DNA of 64,000 nucleotides from Candidatus Sumerlaeia bacterium (lineage in GTDB: Bacteria; Sumerlaeota; Sumerlaeia; SLMS01; JANRJK01), in the NCBI GenBank assembly GCA_033764015.1, contig JANRJK010000014.1:99244-163243 (forward strand), given 5' to 3'. Both the position numbers and the translations under genes were made by a program. The notes beneath the pieces are model-generated. The model did not search any database. It worked only from the letters and a program-made list of their open reading frames with translations, and had not been told where the DNA came from. Positions 1 through 8,950 of the stretch are shown here, in pieces (position 1 is the stretch's first letter; each line of letters begins with the position of its first letter).

Positions 1-1060
1 CGTACATGGCGCCCACCTGCGAGACGGCGATGTGGCTCTCGTCGATCACCATCAGGAAGTCGTCGGGGAAGTAGTCGATCAGCGTATAGGGCATCTCGCC
101 CGCCTTCCGCCCGCTGATGTGGCGCGAGTAGTTCTCGATTCCGACACAGCTCCCCGCCTCGCGCATCATGTCGAGGTCGCGCTCCGTGCGCTCCTTCAAG
201 CGCTGGTACTCGAGGAAGCGGCGCTCCGCCTCGAACTGCGCGAGGCGCTCCCTCAGCTCCTCCTGGATGCCGGACATCGCGCGTTCGAGGCTCGGGCGGT
301 CCGTGACGTAAACGCTCGCGGGGTAGATCGCCGCGCGGCGGAACTTCTTCCCCTTCTCGCCGGTGAGCGCGTCGAACTCCGTCAGCGCCTCCACCTCGTC
401 GCCGAAAAACGACACGCGGAGCGCGCGCCGCTCCTCGTACGCCGGGAACACGTCCACCTGGTCGCCGCGCACGCGGAACGTCCCGCGGTGGAAGTCCATG
501 TCGTTGCGCTGGTACTGGAGCGCGACGAGGTGCTTGAGGAACGCGTCGCGGGGCAGCTCCGCGCCCACCTCGACGAACGCGACCATGCGGTTGAAGTCCG
601 TCGGCGAGCCGATGCCGTAGATGCACGACACGCTCGCGACCACCAGCACGTCGTTGCGCTCGAGCAGCGACCGCGTCGCGGAGAGCCGCAACTTGTCCAG
701 CTCGTCGTTGATGTTCGAGTCCTTCTCGATGTACGTGTCCGAGCTCGGGATGTACGCCTCGGGCTGGTAGTAGTCGTAGTAGGAGACGAAGTACTCGACG
801 GCGTTCTCCGGGAAGAAGTCCTTGAACTCGCGGTAGAGCTGGGCGGCGAGCGTCTTGTTCGGCGCGAGGACCAGCGTCGGCTTGTTCCACGCCTCGACCA
901 CGTTGGCGATGGTGAACGTCTTCCCGGAGCCGGTGACGCCGAGGAGCGTCTGCGCGGGCAGGCCGTTGCCAAGGCCGCCGAGCAACTGGCGGATCGCCTC
1001 GGGCTGGTCGCCGCGGGGTTCATAATCGGAAACGAGCTTGAAGGTGCCTTCGCGAGCCAT
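1..1060 (-). CDS. uvrB: Excinuclease ABC subunit B, 5' part (continues off the left edge)
   Basis: Not in the ORF track. Manual translation from ATG 1060: [23 protein letters not shown]...[12 protein letters not shown]...[11 protein letters not shown]...[16 protein letters not shown], the hallmark UvrB motifs. Confidence 0.97.
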   Translation of the reverse strand, partial: MAREGTFKLVSDYEPRGDQPEAIRQLLGGLGNGLPAQTLLGVTGSGKTFTIANVVEAWNKPTLVLAPNKTLAAQLYREFKDFFPENAVEYFVSYYDYYQPEAYIPSSDTYIEKDSNINDELDKLRLSATRSLLERNDVLVVASVSCIYGIGSPTDFNRMVAFVEVGAELPRDAFLKHLVALQYQRNDMDFHRGTFRVRGDQVDVFPAYEERRALRVSFFGDEVEALTEFDALTGEKGKKFRRAAIYPASVYVTDRPSLERAMSGIQEELRERLAQFEAERRFLEYQRLKERTERDLDMMREAGSCVGIENYSRHISGRKAGEMPYTLIDYFPDDFLMVIDESHIAVSQVGAMY

Positions 1061-1364
1061 GGGGGAACGCCGCCAAGCGCGGCGTAGCAAAAGCGAATCT
1101 CAGGCCACGGCGGAAGGCGAGGGGAATCGGGGGGGGGCGCCTCAGGTCCTCGACCGGGGAGCCTCGGACGGGCCCGGCAGGGCTTTTCAAGGCGTAGCCC
1201 GTGCCTGGGTCCGCCACTGTGCCAGCCAGGGGTCGGCGCTCCGGTGGAATCATGGAGGGGGGGCGCAACGCCCGGCGCCCAAGTCCAGCATCCTCAACGC
1301 TTCCTAATGCTGTTGACGTCCCCCTCGGACGGCGCTTGAATGCCGGGTCGAAAGGAATCGCGCC

Positions 1365-1949
1365 TTGGCTATCCTACCCATCAAACTTTACGGCGATCCG
1401 GTGCTGCGGGAGCGCGCGCTCCCGGTGTCGGTGATCGACGACGATCTTCGCCGACTCGCCGCCGATATGGGCGAGACGATGTACGCGGCGGCGGGGATCG
1501 GGCTGGCCGCCAACCAGATCGGCGAGTTGCGGCGGATCCTGGTGATCGACGTGGACCAGATGACGACGGGCGCGGACGGCAAGCGCGGCCCGCGCGATCC
1601 GCAGGCGCGCCGCCTGCAGGTGTTCCTGAACGCCGAGATCACCGCCGCCAGCGACGACGACGGCGATTACGACGAGGGCTGCCTGTCGATTCCCGACGTG
1701 GAGTCGACCGTGTACCGCCCGAACAGCGTCCGGGTGCGCTACCGCACGCTGGAGGGGGAGGACCGCGAAGGCTGGTTCTCCGGCATGACGGCGCGCGTGC
1801 TCCAGCACGAGATCGACCACTTGGACGGAGTGCTGTTCGTGGACCGGATCGCGGCGGAGGCACGGTCGGCGCTTGCGGGCAAGCTGGCCCGGATCCGGCG
1901 CGGCGAAGTGCCCTCCGCGGTGGACGAGCTGCTCAAGCAGGGCACCTGA
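1365..1949 (+). CDS. def: Peptide deformylase
   Basis: GIGLAANQIG, EGCLS and QHEIDHLDG motifs; TTG start. Confidence 0.96.
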   Translation: MAILPIKLYGDPVLRERALPVSVIDDDLRRLAADMGETMYAAAGIGLAANQIGELRRILVIDVDQMTTGADGKRGPRDPQARRLQVFLNAEITAASDDDGDYDEGCLSIPDVESTVYRPNSVRVRYRTLEGEDREGWFSGMTARVLQHEIDHLDGVLFVDRIAAEARSALAGKLARIRRGEVPSAVDELLKQGT

Positions 1950-1976
1950 CGCAACGGCCCGGGGAGGGCCACCGCG

Positions 1977-2270
1977 ATGTCGTTCCTCAAGCAGGACAGC
2001 AAGGCCGAGGCGGTTGGCCTCGTGATGATCGTGGCGGGGTTGCTGACCGCCGCCGTGTTCCTCTATGTGCGTGTCGCGCACGAAGCGAAGTGGGCGATGA
2101 TCCTAGTCGCCATCGGCTGGGTGACCGCCTTCACCGGCAAGACGATCCGCAAGCTGGCCTCGACGCGCCAGCAGCAGAAGATGCACCTCCGGATGGCAGC
2201 GGAAGCGAAGCGGAACGAACGCGCCGACGCCATGGCTGACGAGGGTCCGCGTCCCGCCCAGGCGGGCTGA
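1977..2270 (+). CDS. Small membrane protein (2 predicted TM helices)
   Basis: GGGAGG RBS, mostly G/C third positions, two hydrophobic segments; 3' end overlaps the convergent phosphoesterase gene. Confidence 0.6.
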   Translation: MSFLKQDSKAEAVGLVMIVAGLLTAAVFLYVRVAHEAKWAMILVAIGWVTAFTGKTIRKLASTRQQQKMHLRMAAEAKRNERADAMADEGPRPAQAG

Positions 2271-3290
2271 GCCGCGGCTGAATCCGGGGCCGAGGCCTTG
2301 GCCCGACAGCGTGGTGCCGAAGAACGGCAGCCGCACCTGCCCGCCATGCGTGTGCCCGGCGAGGGCCGCCTGCGCGCCCAGCGAGGCCGCCAGGGGGAAC
2401 GCGTCGGGCGTGTGGACCAAGGCGAGGTGGGGGCGTCCGCGCTCCGCCAACCGCGCGCGGCGCCAGGGGCCGAGCGGCAGATAGGGCGCTTCGATGCCCG
2501 CGATGCGCAGGACGCCGTCGGGGCGCCGGACTTCGCATAGGTCGTTCTTCAGGAGTCGGGCGCCGGCGAGAGCGAGCTGCGCCTCCACCGCTGCGGGATC
2601 GGTCCAGAAGTCGTGGTTGCCGCGGATCGCGAGCACGCCGTCGGGCGCGGAGAGGCCATCGAGCATTTCGGCGATGCGCGGGATGAACGCGGCGCGCGTG
2701 ATGTAGTCCCCCCCAAGCAGAACCAGATCCGGACGCAGCGACATCGCGGTGGCCACCGCGTGGCGGTAGTACGCCCACGGCAGCGTGCGGTGGAGGTGCG
2801 GGTCGGTGAGCCAAACGATGCGGTAGCCCTCGAAGCCGGCGGGCAGATCGTCGAGCGGGAGGCGGTAGCGGACCACATCGAGCGCCGTGGGCCTGTTGAC
2901 CGGTCGGAGCGCGCGGAGCAGCGCGCGCTCGGCGGGCTTGAGTCCTTCCGCCGCGGCATGGTCGGCGGGCCAATGGCGGGGCGACACTTGGCGGCGGCGC
3001 GCATCCAGGCGCTCGAGGCGAAGTTGCCCCGCCGTGCTCCAGAGGGCTGCGAGTCCCGCGGCCATGAGGGAAGCGAGCGCGACGGCGGTCCATGGCCCCG
3101 GGTCGCGGTCGAACGCCCGTGCCGCGAGGACGCCGACGACCGCGGCGCCGGGCATGGTGCCGAGCGCGACGGCCTTCTTCAGGTAGCTTTCGCGGAAGTG
3201 GCAGAGCGTGCGGTTCTGGACCCGGACGAGGAGGCCCGCGGCGCCCGTGGCGGCGAGGGCTCCCGCGGCGAGGGCGGCCGCGGTGGGCAA
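2103..3290 (-). CDS. Membrane-anchored metallophosphoesterase (YkuE-like)
   Basis: DPH, GGDY, GNHD, HTPD, GHTHGGQ, SHGVG...PLRFRCHPE motifs; N-terminal TM segments; start uncertain (TTG 3290 or CTG 3305). Confidence 0.88.
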   Translation of the reverse strand: MPTAAALAAGALAATGAAGLLVRVQNRTLCHFRESYLKKAVALGTMPGAAVVGVLAARAFDRDPGPWTAVALASLMAAGLAALWSTAGQLRLERLDARRRQVSPRHWPADHAAAEGLKPAERALLRALRPVNRPTALDVVRYRLPLDDLPAGFEGYRIVWLTDPHLHRTLPWAYYRHAVATAMSLRPDLVLLGGDYITRAAFIPRIAEMLDGLSAPDGVLAIRGNHDFWTDPAAVEAQLALAGARLLKNDLCEVRRPDGVLRIAGIEAPYLPLGPWRRARLAERGRPHLALVHTPDAFPLAASLGAQAALAGHTHGGQVRLPFFGTTLSGQGLGPGFSRGSARLGGTRTLVSHGVGAFVPLRFRCHPEVHLLLLARRGQLADRLAGEGGHPADGD

Positions 3291-3301
3291 CGGCGGGTTG
3301 C

Positions 3302-3787
3302 TCAGGCCCCTGCGATGAGGCGGAGGACGTTCGCCTGCTCGATCGCGGCCAGCGCCGCCTCCGCGCCCTTGTTGCCCATCTTCGCGCCGGCCCGCTCGAG
3401 CGCCTGCTCCAGCGTGTCCGGCGTCAGCACGCCGAAGCCGACCGGGAGGCCGTGCTCCATGGAGACGGCGGCGAGGCCCTTGGTGACTTCCGCGGCGATC
3501 AGCTCGTTGTTCGTCGTGGCGCCGCGCATGATGCACCCGAGCGCGAGGACGCCGTGGAAGCCGCCCTTGCGGGCGATCGCCTGGGCCACGAGGGGAATCT
3601 CGAACGCCCCGGGAGTGTAGACGACGGCTTGGTCCGACGGCTTGGCGCCATGGCGCTCGAGGGCGTCGAGGGCGCCGTCGAGGAGTTCCTTCGTCACGAG
3701 CGAATTATAGCGCGAGACGATGATGGCGAAGCGGAGGCCGGTGGCGTCGAGCGGCGCGGAGATGATGGTAGGCTTGGCTTGGCTCAT
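3302..3787 (-). CDS. ribH: 6,7-dimethyl-8-ribityllumazine synthase
   Basis: IVSRYN, PGAFEIP, ALGCIMRGAT, PVGFGVLT, QALERAG-K-GNKG motifs. Confidence 0.96.
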   Translation of the reverse strand: MSQAKPTIISAPLDATGLRFAIIVSRYNSLVTKELLDGALDALERHGAKPSDQAVVYTPGAFEIPLVAQAIARKGGFHGVLALGCIMRGATTNNELIAAEVTKGLAAVSMEHGLPVGFGVLTPDTLEQALERAGAKMGNKGAEAALAAIEQANVLRLIAGA

Positions 3788-3797
3788 GGCGGGCTCC

Positions 3798-4214
3798 TCA
3801 GCGCTGCGTGTCTTCATCGGGGTTCGACTTCGGTGCGGTGGGCGCGTCGGGTTCCACGCCGCCGACGGGACGGGTGCGCTTGAGCACTTCTTCGATGCGC
3901 GCGTAGCGGGCGACGGACTCGTCGTAGCGGAAGCGCAGCTTGGGATGGTGCCGGAGCGTGAGCTGGCGGGCGACGGCGGACTGGAGGAATCCCGCGGCGC
4001 TTTCGAGCGCCGCGATGGTGTCGCCGATGGCGGCCTCGTCCTCGGGGATCTGCGTGAAGTAGACCGTCGCGACGGAGAAGTCGGGGGCCACCTTGACGTG
4101 GGTGACGGTGAGGAGGGCGGGCATGCGCGGATCGCGCATCTCCTGGGTGACGACGGTGGCGAGGATGTTCTTGATTTCCTCTCCGACCCGTTCGGGGCGG
4201 TGCGAGAGGGTCAC
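3798..4214 (-). CDS. rbfA: Ribosome-binding factor A
   Basis: RPERVGEEIK...RDPR...TVTHVKVAPDFSVATVY...LRHHPKLRFRYDES; GTG start at 4214. Confidence 0.92.
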   Translation of the reverse strand: MTLSHRPERVGEEIKNILATVVTQEMRDPRMPALLTVTHVKVAPDFSVATVYFTQIPEDEAAIGDTIAALESAAGFLQSAVARQLTLRHHPKLRFRYDESVARYARIEEVLKRTRPVGGVEPDAPTAPKSNPDEDTQR

Positions 4215-4244
4215 GGTGCGTTCCTGCGGGGGTTGGTTTGAATG

Positions 4245-4274
4245 GCAAGGGGCGCCCGTCGAGGCGCCCCTTGC
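4245..4274 (-). terminator. Stem-loop at the 3' end of the Tad locus (possible terminator)
   Basis: Perfect 12-bp inverted repeat GCAAGGGGCGCC / GGCGCCCCTTGC with 6-nt loop; weak U tail. Confidence 0.45.
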
Positions 4275-4308
4275 GTGTTGGTTGCTCCGGCGCGGGGCCG
4301 GCGTGGGC

Positions 4309-4770
4309 TTAGCGGAACGTGCCGGGGGCGACGTCCGAGGCCCAGCGCTCCTGGCCGGTCGGGTAGGCGACGATGACACGGCGCTCGGCGTCGGGCACGG
4401 CGGCTTGGAGCAGGTACTGCGCCATGGCCTGCCGGCGGCGGTTGTCGATCGAGGCGTTCTCGGTCGTCTCGATCACCACGGGATGGGGTTCGCGGATGAG
4501 GCGACGGACGACGGTGGCGAGGTGGCGCTGGCCGTCGGGCGTGAGCGATTCGGTTTCCGCGTTCCACATATGGCGGTAGAAGATGAAGTCGTTGGCTTCG
4601 GCCTTGGTGGCTTGGCGGTCGAAGGGGGCGCGGACGTAGGTGCCCGCGGGCTGGGGCAGGGCGCCGGCCGGGATGTCGTACTTGCCGCGGAAACTGCATC
4701 CGCTGCTGAGCACCACAGCCGCGAGGGCCAGCGTCGAGATTCCCATTGTGATCAACTTCGTCGCGTTCAT
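4309..4770 (-). CDS. Predicted lipoprotein, last gene of the Tad locus
   Basis: GAGG RBS; MNATKLITMGISTLALAAVVLSSG-C lipobox-like signal; the real gene is the last 153 aa of the 857-aa track ORF. Confidence 0.75.
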   Translation of the reverse strand: MNATKLITMGISTLALAAVVLSSGCSFRGKYDIPAGALPQPAGTYVRAPFDRQATKAEANDFIFYRHMWNAETESLTPDGQRHLATVVRRLIREPHPVVIETTENASIDNRRRQAMAQYLLQAAVPDAERRVIVAYPTGQERWASDVAPGTFR

Positions 4771-4844
4771 GGTCCGTCCTCGGAGGGTCGCTGGGGAGGT
4801 TGGGATGGTCTGGTGCGTGGAGCGCATCGGTCGGGTTGTCCCTG

Positions 4845-6674
4845 TCACCGCGGAGTGGACTGCCCGGCCGGTCCGGCGATGTACACCTTGTCCATGCGGC
4901 GGTAGCGGGCGATGCGGTCGAAGTTCGTGCGCGCGGCCGAACGGTAATCGTCCGACGTGCGGCTTTCGAGGCGGTTGAGGATATAGAACTCGAGGTCGTC
5001 GGGCTCGAACATGTCCGAACCGGGGAGCGGGGGCAGCTCGGTCGAATCGAGCGGGGCGATGATCTCCGGGCGGACCAGGATCACGAGCTCTGTTTCCGCG
5101 CTGGCGGTCGTCGTCGAGCCGAAGAACTGGCCGATGAAGGGGAGGTCGCCGAGGAGCGGAATGCGGTCCGAGCTGGAGCCGAAGGTGGTCTGCGTGAGGC
5201 CGGCGACGGCGAGCGTCTGGCCCTCCTGCAGCTCGACCGTGGTGCTGAAGTTGCGCGAATCGACACCGGGGACCGAACTGCCGCCGCCGGCGCTGCTGAC
5301 GCGGTCGCTGACTTTCGCTTGGATGTCGAGGCGGATGCGGTCGCGGTCGGTGATATAGGGCGTGAAGTTGAGGGTGACGCCGAAGTCCTTGAACTCGGTG
5401 CCTTGGAGGACCGAGCCGCTGTTGCTGCCAAGGACCGGGATGGGGAACTCGCCACCGGCGCGGAAGGAGGCCTTCTGGCCGTTGATGGTCACCAGCTTCG
5501 GCTCGGCCATGGCGCGGGCGAGCTGCAGGTTGCGCAGGGCGCGGACGGCGAACTGGTACTTGTCGGTCTGGGAAACGAACGAGACTGGGATGTTGCCGCC
5601 GTTCAGCAGGTTGCCGGTGAGGTTCGCGAAGCGGAGCGTGCCGTCGCCGGACTCGCCCGACTCGAACTGGAAGTTCATGCCGATGGCGCGGCCCGCGGCG
5701 CGGTTGACTTCCGCGATCGTGACCTGGAGTTCGACCTGCGACTCGCCCGGGATGCGGAGGAGGTTGATGATGTTCGGGTGGCCGGCGATCTGGTAGTTGG
5801 TTGCGCCGGGGAGCGAAGCGCCACCCGGGTCCGCCGCCATTTCGGCGGCGAGCGGCTGCATGCCCGAGGTCGGGATCTTGACCAGTTCGTTCAGCGGCGC
5901 GTTCGAGATCAGGATCTTCATGATCTGGTCCGCTTCGCGGGCGTCGCGGGCCTGGCCGCGGACGACCAGCTTGTCGCCGACGAGGGAGAGCTCGACGAAG
6001 CTGTTGGGGAAGCCGTCGTTCACTTCCTTCTCGAGCGCCTTGTAGATGCGCTCCAGGCGGACGCGCTCTTCGGGGTCGGGGAGGACGCGGACGAGGTAGC
6101 TGAGGACCGTCGTCTTGCTGGGGTCGCTGATGTCGGTGAAGGTGATGTTGAGCGTGGTGGTGCCGACTTCCTTGCCGTAGACGGAGATTTCGCGCTCGGA
6201 AAGGATGATGACGGACAGGAGGCGCTCGTTGGGGGTCTCGACGCGGATGGGAACGCGGCGGAGCTTGAGGAGGCGGGAGCGTCCCTGCACGAGGTCGAGC
6301 GTGGCCTCCGGATCGACGGCCTGCTCGATGTACTGGCTGAACTTGCCCGCGACTTCGGGAGTCGGGCGGGGAGCTGCGCCAAGCATGTCCGACGAGACGT
6401 CGAGCAGGGGCAGCCGAGTGCGGCCTGCTCCGAAGAGCGGGCCTTCCTGCTGCGTTGCGGGGACGACGCCGGTATTTGAGCCTTGCTGCGCCGGCGCGGG
6501 GGCCGGGGCGAGCCCGGCGATCGCCGCGAGGGCGAGCAAAGTGCGGGACGTCGAGGCCAGCGAGCGCAGCGGGGAATGGGCGGGGATCGTCGTATGCACG
6601 GAGGTCAACCTCGTTGAGTAGTGGACGGCACTGCGGAATACGCTCCTGGGGGTCACAGAAGGAGCCCTCGTCAT
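4845..6674 (-). CDS. cpaC: Tad pilus secretin (CpaC/RcpA)
   Basis: Pilus-N and BON-like segments, QVELQVTIAEVNR, AEPKLVTINGQKASFRAGGEFPIP, IPLLGDLPFIGQFF, ETELVILVRPEII; ATGA overlap with the upstream stop. Confidence 0.93.
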   Translation of the reverse strand: MTRAPSVTPRSVFRSAVHYSTRLTSVHTTIPAHSPLRSLASTSRTLLALAAIAGLAPAPAPAQQGSNTGVVPATQQEGPLFGAGRTRLPLLDVSSDMLGAAPRPTPEVAGKFSQYIEQAVDPEATLDLVQGRSRLLKLRRVPIRVETPNERLLSVIILSEREISVYGKEVGTTTLNITFTDISDPSKTTVLSYLVRVLPDPEERVRLERIYKALEKEVNDGFPNSFVELSLVGDKLVVRGQARDAREADQIMKILISNAPLNELVKIPTSGMQPLAAEMAADPGGASLPGATNYQIAGHPNIINLLRIPGESQVELQVTIAEVNRAAGRAIGMNFQFESGESGDGTLRFANLTGNLLNGGNIPVSFVSQTDKYQFAVRALRNLQLARAMAEPKLVTINGQKASFRAGGEFPIPVLGSNSGSVLQGTEFKDFGVTLNFTPYITDRDRIRLDIQAKVSDRVSSAGGGSSVPGVDSRNFSTTVELQEGQTLAVAGLTQTTFGSSSDRIPLLGDLPFIGQFFGSTTTASAETELVILVRPEIIAPLDSTELPPLPGSDMFEPDDLEFYILNRLESRTSDDYRSAARTNFDRIARYRRMDKVYIAGPAGQSTPR

Positions 6675-7066
6675 GCGCACAGGAACCGCAAGGAAGCGGG
6701 CAGCGGAATCGGGGTACGGTCGCAACGCATGATTTGCAGGTGAGCCCCGGGAAGGACGCTAGCCGAATCTGCAGGCAACTCAAGAACGGCGTGCGTCCCG
6801 CTAGGGGCCGGTGAGAGCCGCCAAGGGGCGACGTTCCGGGCAACGCCCAGCACGGTCCCTTCGACGGACAAGAACACAACATCGATCGCGAACCGCATCC
6901 ACATGGTGTGGATGCTTCCGCAGGGCACGAGCAACATGCCCGTCCCCCGCGGCAGTTCCCGCCGGAACTGCAAACCCTTGAACCGGCTCCAGAAGGAGCT
7001 GGCCAACTCGAGACGCTCCACCACCGGGAGCCCCGTCTCGCGGTCCACCAGGGCGAACGGCGTCAC
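6671..7066 (-). CDS. DUF192 family protein
   Basis: ASSFWSRFKGLQFR...CGSIHTMWMRFAIDVVFL...AVLELPA; coupled to tadC and cpaC. Confidence 0.85.
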   Translation of the reverse strand: MTPFALVDRETGLPVVERLELASSFWSRFKGLQFRRELPRGTGMLLVPCGSIHTMWMRFAIDVVFLSVEGTVLGVARNVAPWRLSPAPSGTHAVLELPADSASVLPGAHLQIMRCDRTPIPLPASLRFLCA

Positions 7067-8064
7067 GGATTCTGGCCTGCGGCCGCGGCGGCGGACTGCT
7101 GCGACTGGGTGGCAAGGGCCGCGGGGCGTCCGCCGATGGTGCCGCCGATGTTCTGGAAGACGCCGTCGAGCCTGTTGAACGCCTCGTAGTAGACCGGTCC
7201 GAGCGCGGCCAGGAAGATACCCGGAAGGAAGCAGATAACCATCGGCACGGTACGCTTGATCGAGACCTTCATCGCGTGCTCGATCGCCATTTCGCGGCGC
7301 CGGATACGGAGGTCTTCCGCTTGGTGGCGGAGCACCTCGGAGATCGATGCGCCGATCTGCTCTCCCTGGACAACCGCCGCGATCACCACTGAGAACGTGG
7401 AGACGTCAACCCGGCGGGAGAGTCTCCGAAGGCACTGGATCCGGGGGCGGCCACCCATCACGTCGGCGCGGAACGTGCGCCATTCGTCGGCGAGCGGGCG
7501 GGCGCGCGAGTAGGAGCGCAGCACGCTATCGACGCTGGCGTCGAAGCTGAGGCCCGCTTCGCAAAGCGTCGCCAGCATTTCCAGCGTGATCGGCAGGTCG
7601 GCGGTGATCATCTGGACGCGGCGCTCACGCACAGCCCGGACGTAGTGGAACGGCAGGTAGGGAAGCAGGATGATGAAGAGGTAGGGCAGCAGCAGGACGA
7701 ACGGACGGAAGATCTCGCCGAGGTTGCCGGGCCAGTTCTGCATGCCCTCGAAGAGGCGCGCCTCGTAGCCGGAGGACTTCCACAGGTACGCGAGGAAGAT
7801 CGCGAACATGAGGAGGGACACGACGAGGAAGAGGAAGACCAGGTGCGCCGCCGGCTGGCGGAAGCCGGCGGTGATCAGCCAGTGCTTGATGAAGCGGGCG
7901 TCTTCGTCGGCGTCGGGACCGGCGGCGGCGGCGTTCTCCCCGGCGGCCTTGGCGGCGCGGAGGCGTCGCGACTTCGCCTGCTCGACGGCGATCTGCTGCG
8001 CGATGATGAGCAGCGCGAGCGCCAGGAGGCCGACGAAGAGGAGGATCAGGACGAACGTGGTCAT
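7063..8064 (-). CDS. tadC: Tad inner-membrane platform protein TadC
   Basis: T2SSF-like LPITLEMLATLCEAGLSFD...QGEQIGASISEVLRHQAEDLR; TM helices; context. Confidence 0.88.
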   Translation of the reverse strand: MTTFVLILLFVGLLALALLIIAQQIAVEQAKSRRLRAAKAAGENAAAAGPDADEDARFIKHWLITAGFRQPAAHLVFLFLVVSLLMFAIFLAYLWKSSGYEARLFEGMQNWPGNLGEIFRPFVLLLPYLFIILLPYLPFHYVRAVRERRVQMITADLPITLEMLATLCEAGLSFDASVDSVLRSYSRARPLADEWRTFRADVMGGRPRIQCLRRLSRRVDVSTFSVVIAAVVQGEQIGASISEVLRHQAEDLRIRRREMAIEHAMKVSIKRTVPMVICFLPGIFLAALGPVYYEAFNRLDGVFQNIGGTIGGRPAALATQSQQSAAAAAGQNP

Positions 8065-8083
8065 CGCGGAGGTCTCTCTGTTC

Positions 8084-8950
8084 CTAGAACTTGATCTTGC
8101 TCATGCGCGACTGCCAATACACGCCGACCGCCTGGAGCACGATCACGAGCAGCGCGAGGTGCTGGCCCACTTCCGTGCGGAAGAAGGCCTCGAACCGCAG
8201 CCGGTCGTGGGACCACATCACGTAGGCGATCAGGTAGGAGACCAGAAGCACCGCCACCGTGGAGGCGCGGGCCTGCGCGGTCATGGCGGAGTAGCGGCGC
8301 GTCACTTCGATGCGGTCGCGCACCGAGCGCCCGAGGCTGGCGAGGGTGGAGGTGATGTTGCCGCCGAGGGACCAATGGACCGAGAGCGCGGTCGTGAAGA
8401 GGCGGACCGAATCGAGCGGCAGGCGCGCCAGAAGGCCCTGCAAGGCGGTCTGGGGCTCTTCGCCGAGGCGGATGCGCCCGAGCATGTCCTCGAAGGCGCC
8501 GCGGAGCGGGTCGCGCAGTTCGCGCGTGATGTTCTGCAGCGTCGAGGGAAGACTCGAACCCGCTCGCAGGCCCGCGACCATCAAGTCGATCGCGTCGGCG
8601 AGCTGCATCTCGAGCCGCTGCAGGCGGCGCTCGTAGTTCCACTCCTCGATCTCGACCAGCACCAGCGCCAGCGTGAGGCCGAAGCCGGCGGCGAACAGGA
8701 GCGTGACCTTGAAGACGAAGAAGAGGATGATGGCGAGGGCGAGGCCGGAGAGCCACGCGGCCTCGGAGTAGCGCGAGATGATCGGGCGGATCGAGGCGAT
8801 GCGCTCGCGCGAGCCGCCGTTCACCGCCTCCTGCGCGGGCGTCAGGCGGTCCAGCGTTTCGCGCCGGGTGCGGAAGATGTGCATCACGTAGGCGAGCGAA
8901 CCGAAGAAGGCCGCCACGATCATGGTGTAGATGGGTGCGTAACCGTTCAC
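8084..8950 (-). CDS. tadB: Tad inner-membrane platform protein TadB
   Basis: QLADAIDLMVAGLRAGSSL...GGNITSTL...TAQARAS; context. Confidence 0.9.
   Translation of the reverse strand: MNGYAPIYTMIVAAFFGSLAYVMHIFRTRRETLDRLTPAQEAVNGGSRERIASIRPIISRYSEAAWLSGLALAIILFFVFKVTLLFAAGFGLTLALVLVEIEEWNYERRLQRLEMQLADAIDLMVAGLRAGSSLPSTLQNITRELRDPLRGAFEDMLGRIRLGEEPQTALQGLLARLPLDSVRLFTTALSVHWSLGGNITSTLASLGRSVRDRIEVTRRYSAMTAQARASTVAVLLVSYLIAYVMWSHDRLRFEAFFRTEVGQHLALLVIVLQAVGVYWQSRMSKIKF

Noticed and set aside
32..1087. 351-aa + strand ORF
   Set aside because: Antisense shadow of uvrB; the minus frame carries the conserved motifs
1133..1160. GGGGGCGCCTCAGGTCCTCGACCGGG resembles a tmRNA 5' end
   Set aside because: No T-arm/CCA 3' end upstream or downstream, and a full tmRNA would run into def
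1176..1205. Possible tRNA-Sec anticodon arm (TTCAA in a loop)
   Set aside because: Loop is 11 nt; no T-arm, D-arm or acceptor stem
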